From: Candidatus Limnocylindrales bacterium
GTDB taxonomy: Bacteria; Chloroflexota; Limnocylindria; Limnocylindrales; CSP1-4
NCBI GenBank assembly: GCA_038259505.1
Contig: JBBSOS010000001.1
Coordinates: 1 to 36,593, forward strand
Length of the DNA stretch: 36,593 nucleotides
Direction: 5' to 3'
Numbering within the stretch: the stretch's first letter is position 1; each line of letters begins with the position of its first letter. Below the pieces are notes generated by a model. It ran no database searches and was not told the origin of the DNA. It saw nothing but the letters and a program-made list of their open reading frames with translations. The translations under genes were made by a program, and so were the position numbers. Below, in pieces: positions 33,970-36,593 of this stretch.

Positions 33970-34743
33970 TCACGCGTCGAGGAACCGGCGCAGAAACTGG
34001 CGTGTCGCATCCTCCCGTGGCGCATCGAGCACCTGTTCCGGTGGGCCTTCCTCGACCACCACGCCGCCCTCCATGAACAGCACCCGGTCGGCAGCCTCGC
34101 GGCAGAACTGCATCTCATGCGAGACCACGATCATCGTCGTGCCCTCGTTGGCAAGCTCCCGCATGACCCCCAGCACCTCGCCCACGAGCTCCGGGTCGAG
34201 GGCACTGGTCGGCTCGTCGAACATCAGGACCTGCGGATCCATGCACAGCGCCCGGGCGATGGCGACGCGCTGCTTCTGACCGCCCGACAGGCGCGACGGG
34301 TATTCATCGCGCTTGTGGAGCATCTGGACCTTGTCCAGATACCGCTCCGCGGTGGCGACCGCCTGATCCCGTTGTGCGCCCTTGACGTGGGTCGGCGCCT
34401 CGATGCAGTTCCCGAGCACGGTCATGTGCGGGAACAGGTTGAAATCCTGGAACACCATGCCGGCGCGCAGCCGCAGCTGACGGATCCGTTCCCGATGGCC
34501 GCGGCTGCGGGTGTTCAGCGGGTCGGCCTCGACGCTGATGTCACCGATGCGCACGGTACCCACGGTCGGCTCCTCCAGGAAGTTCAGGCATCGGAGCATC
34601 GTCGTCTTGCCGCTGCCGGAGCGACCAATGAGCATCACCGTCTCATGCTGGTGGACCTCGAGGCTGACGCCCCGCAACACATGGTTGTCGCCGAAGTATT
34701 TCTCGATCCCAGTTGCCGACACGATCGCCTCGCTCGATCCCAT
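33970..34743 (-). CDS. Polar amino acid ABC transporter ATP-binding protein (GlnQ/ArtP type)
   Basis: From ATG 34743 the motifs are IEKYFGDNHVLRGVSLEV...GRSGSGKTTMLRCLNFLEEP...MVFQDFNLFPHMTVLGN...LSGGQKQRVAIARAL...LMFDEPTSALDPE. The start overlaps the permease stop. The ORF-track extension to 35391 is out of frame with the overlapping permease gene. Confidence 0.93.
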   Translation of the reverse strand: MGSSEAIVSATGIEKYFGDNHVLRGVSLEVHQHETVMLIGRSGSGKTTMLRCLNFLEEPTVGTVRIGDISVEADPLNTRSRGHRERIRQLRLRAGMVFQDFNLFPHMTVLGNCIEAPTHVKGAQRDQAVATAERYLDKVQMLHKRDEYPSRLSGGQKQRVAIARALCMDPQVLMFDEPTSALDPELVGEVLGVMRELANEGTTMIVVSHEMQFCREAADRVLFMEGGVVVEEGPPEQVLDAPREDATRQFLRRFLDA

Positions 34744-35552
34744 CAGCGATCGCTCCGGGCCATACGCCGCTCCAGGCGCTGCTGGATGTAGGAGAAGAAC
34801 AGGGTCAGGATCCAATAGACCACGGCGGCGAACAGGGACGCCTCCATGATGTTGATGGTCTGCCGCCCGGCCGAGTTGGCCCGGAACAGGAGCTCCTGGA
34901 TACCAATCACGATGACCAGTGAGGTGTCCTTGATCATCGCGATGAAGTCGTTGCCGATGGCCGGGATCACGATGCGGATGGCCTGGGGCATGACGATGCG
35001 GCGCATGATCAGCCGCTCCGGCAGGCCCAGCGCCTGCGCGGCTTCGCGCTGACCGCGTGGGACAGCCTGGATGCCCGCCCGGAAGATCTCCGTCATGTAT
35101 GCCCCGTAGTTGACCCCCAGCGAGATGACACCGGCCCAGAACAGCGGCAGGACGAGACCCAGCTCCGCGAGACCGAACGTCCACACGAAGATCTGGACGA
35201 GCAACGGGGTGCCTCGGATCAGGGACACGTACAGGGACGCGACCCCATTGGCGACGGGGTTGGTCGACAGGCGCCCGAGCGCGCCGAGGACGGCCAGCAC
35301 ACAGGCGAGCGTGATGGAGGTGACGGTGAGCTCGATGGTCACCTCCGCGCCGCCGAGGATGAATTGCCACCACTTCTCGAGGAAGGGCCAATCGAAACGC
35401 GTCGTCAGTGCGAGCACGATCGCCGCGATGAGCACCACCCAGGTGGCGCCGAAGATCAGCTGGTAGCCACGCCTCCTGCGGCGCTGGGCAGCCGCGATCG
35501 CCATGACGATGGGCGCGGGTGCCACCGACCCGGGCGCGTTGACCACTGCCAT
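34743..35552 (-). CDS. Polar amino acid ABC transporter permease (HisM/GlnP type)
   Basis: Motifs seen: LYVSLIRGTPLLVQIFVWTF...GAYMTEIFRAGIQAVPRGQREAAQALGL...MRRIVMPQAIRIVIPAIGNDFIAMIKDTSL (the EAA-loop region). Confidence 0.92.
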   Translation of the reverse strand: MAVVNAPGSVAPAPIVMAIAAAQRRRRRGYQLIFGATWVVLIAAIVLALTTRFDWPFLEKWWQFILGGAEVTIELTVTSITLACVLAVLGALGRLSTNPVANGVASLYVSLIRGTPLLVQIFVWTFGLAELGLVLPLFWAGVISLGVNYGAYMTEIFRAGIQAVPRGQREAAQALGLPERLIMRRIVMPQAIRIVIPAIGNDFIAMIKDTSLVIVIGIQELLFRANSAGRQTINIMEASLFAAVVYWILTLFFSYIQQRLERRMARSDR

Positions 35553-35632
35553 TGCGACCTCCTCCTCGGGTGAATCAAGAGCGGGGCCGCCTCAGGCGAC
35601 CCCGCTCGGATCTGCGATCGGGACGATGCCGG

Positions 35633-36593
35633 CTACTGGGCCGTGACCCTGTCCTTGCCGTCGAACCACTGCTCGGAGAGGCTCAACAGCGAGCCATCGT
35701 CACGCATCTGACCGATGATCGTGTCGACCGCAGCGACCATGGACGCGTCGTCCGGGACGGTGTTGTCGAATGCCACGCCCAGCGATTCAAAGAACACGGG
35801 GTCCCCGACCTCGACCATGGGCGTGCCGTTCTTGATGGCGTCCTCGACCGTATCCGCGCTGGACAGCCAGCCCGTGAAGTCCGCGCGTCCTGACTGGACG
35901 TTCTGGGCACACACCTGGTCGGTGTCCAGCGGGAAGGCCGTCGCCCCCGGAGGAGGAGTGGCGGGAGTCGGTGCATCGACGAGCACCAAGGTGCCCTCGA
36001 GCCACTGCTGATAGGTCGTGGCCGCCCCAACGCAGATCTTCTGGTCGGCGAAGCCATCGACCGTCGTGATGCCCGAGGCAACCGTGGCGGCAAGCTGGGC
36101 TGGGTTGTACGCATACGGGCGGGTGAAGTCGAGGACCTTCTTGCGCGCCTCGGTGATGGTCACCGAGCCGACGCTCATGTCCCAGCGATCATTCCAGCCG
36201 CCAGCAACGACCAGGTCGAAGCTGGGGATCTCGAACTGGACCGCCACGCCGAGGCGCTTGGCGATCTCCGTGGCCACGTCCACATTGAAGCCCGAGAACG
36301 AACCGTCGGGGTTCTGCATGGAATATGGGGCGTAGTTCGGCTCGATGCTCACCCGGAGGACACCGGCCTGCTTGATCCTGGCCAACAGACCGCTCGGGGC
36401 GACGGATGGAGCCATGCTCGGGGCGAGCGACGGAGCCATGCTCGGCTCGGGCGTCGGCGGCAGGGTCGGCTCGGGCGTCGGCGGCAGCGTCGGGGCCAGG
36501 GTGGGCTCCGGGGTCGGCGGCAGGGTCGGCTCGGGCGTCGGCGGCAGCGTCGGGGCCAGGGTGGGCTCCGGGGTCGGCGGCAGCGTCGGGGCC
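35633..36593 (-). CDS. Polar amino acid ABC transporter substrate-binding protein (SBP_bac_3), with a Pro/Thr-repeat linker; the 5' end lies beyond the right edge
   Basis: Motifs seen: IKQAGVLRVSIEPNYAPYSMQNPDGSFSGFNVDVATEIAKRLGV...VAGGWNDRWDMSVGSVTITEARKKVLDFTRPY. Upstream of Met 36439 the same frame stays open to the window end and reads ...PTLPPTPEPTLAPTLPPTPEPTLPPTPEPS, so the true start (signal peptide or lipobox) is outside the window. Confidence 0.85.
   Translation of the reverse strand, partial: APTLPPTPEPTLAPTLPPTPEPTLPPTPEPTLAPTLPPTPEPTLPPTPEPSMAPSLAPSMAPSVAPSGLLARIKQAGVLRVSIEPNYAPYSMQNPDGSFSGFNVDVATEIAKRLGVAVQFEIPSFDLVVAGGWNDRWDMSVGSVTITEARKKVLDFTRPYAYNPAQLAATVASGITTVDGFADQKICVGAATTYQQWLEGTLVLVDAPTPATPPPGATAFPLDTDQVCAQNVQSGRADFTGWLSSADTVEDAIKNGTPMVEVGDPVFFESLGVAFDNTVPDDASMVAAVDTIIGQMRDDGSLLSLSEQWFDGKDRVTAQ
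36440..36593 (-). repeat. 60-nt tandem repeat (about 2.5 copies, with 24/36-nt sub-repeats) encoding a Pro/Thr/Leu/Glu linker
   Basis: 36481-36521 and 36541-36581 are identical nucleotide for nucleotide. Shorter GGCGTCGGCGGCAG(G/C)GTCGG units recur throughout. The array is cut by the window edge. Confidence 0.85.

Noticed and set aside
34744-35391. The upstream 216 codons of the 473-aa minus ORF 33970..35391.
   Set aside because: ABC ATPase homology starts at MGSSEAIV (ATG 34743), which overlaps the permease stop. The extension is a different frame of the well-supported permease gene.

Overview
This is a densely coding, high-G+C window of actinobacterial type. The assignment to Actinomycetota rests on codon style, the Mca/MshB-like deacetylase and the gene families present; I cannot name a genus. 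I support about 36 CDS, 2 tRNAs, a few hairpins and several in-frame tandem repeats. There are no rRNA genes, CRISPR arrays, transposases or integrases.

Left to right:
- A DUF362-like gene running off the left edge (-).
- A visibly AT-richer patch holding a 5'-truncated SARP (BTAD-only) gene, followed by a membrane HD-GYP c-di-GMP phosphodiesterase.
- A family III CoA-transferase (-), a PIG-L/Mca-like deacetylase (+), a membrane-anchored CapA-family protein (-) and tRNA-Asp(GUC) (-).
- A tightly packed plus-strand run: threonine aldolase, DUF885, a HisA/HisF-fold protein and a cyclophilin lipoprotein.
- An orphan promoter-plus-terminator unit (sRNA candidate).
- A heme acquisition locus: a secreted protein (-) divergent from heme oxygenase, HmuT, HmuU, HmuV and a small coupled membrane protein.
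- tRNA-Arg(CCG), followed by a short patch with an excisionase-type HTH gene and gene debris.
- A minus-strand block: FAD reductase, family 4/5 uracil-DNA glycosylase, a 1123-aa alpha-amylase-family protein, acylphosphatase, DNA pol III delta' and a NYN-domain protein with a very long disordered tail.
- A livJHMGF-type branched-chain amino-acid ABC operon (+).
- A polar amino-acid ABC operon (-) whose binding-protein gene runs off the right edge.

Best novelty candidates:
1. A neocarzinostatin-like, disulfide-stapled beta-sandwich domain present twice in the heme locus, once stand-alone and secreted and once fused to the N-terminus of HmuT. It is a candidate new heme-capture module.
2. A NYN nuclease fused to a roughly 550-aa Arg/Gly/Glu/Pro-rich tail and translationally overlapped with holB.
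3. A LivG ATPase carrying an inserted two-helix hydrophobic hairpin.
4. The orphan sRNA-like unit at 11.8-12.0 kb.

All family assignments come from reading motifs in the translations. No database search or numeric computation was run.
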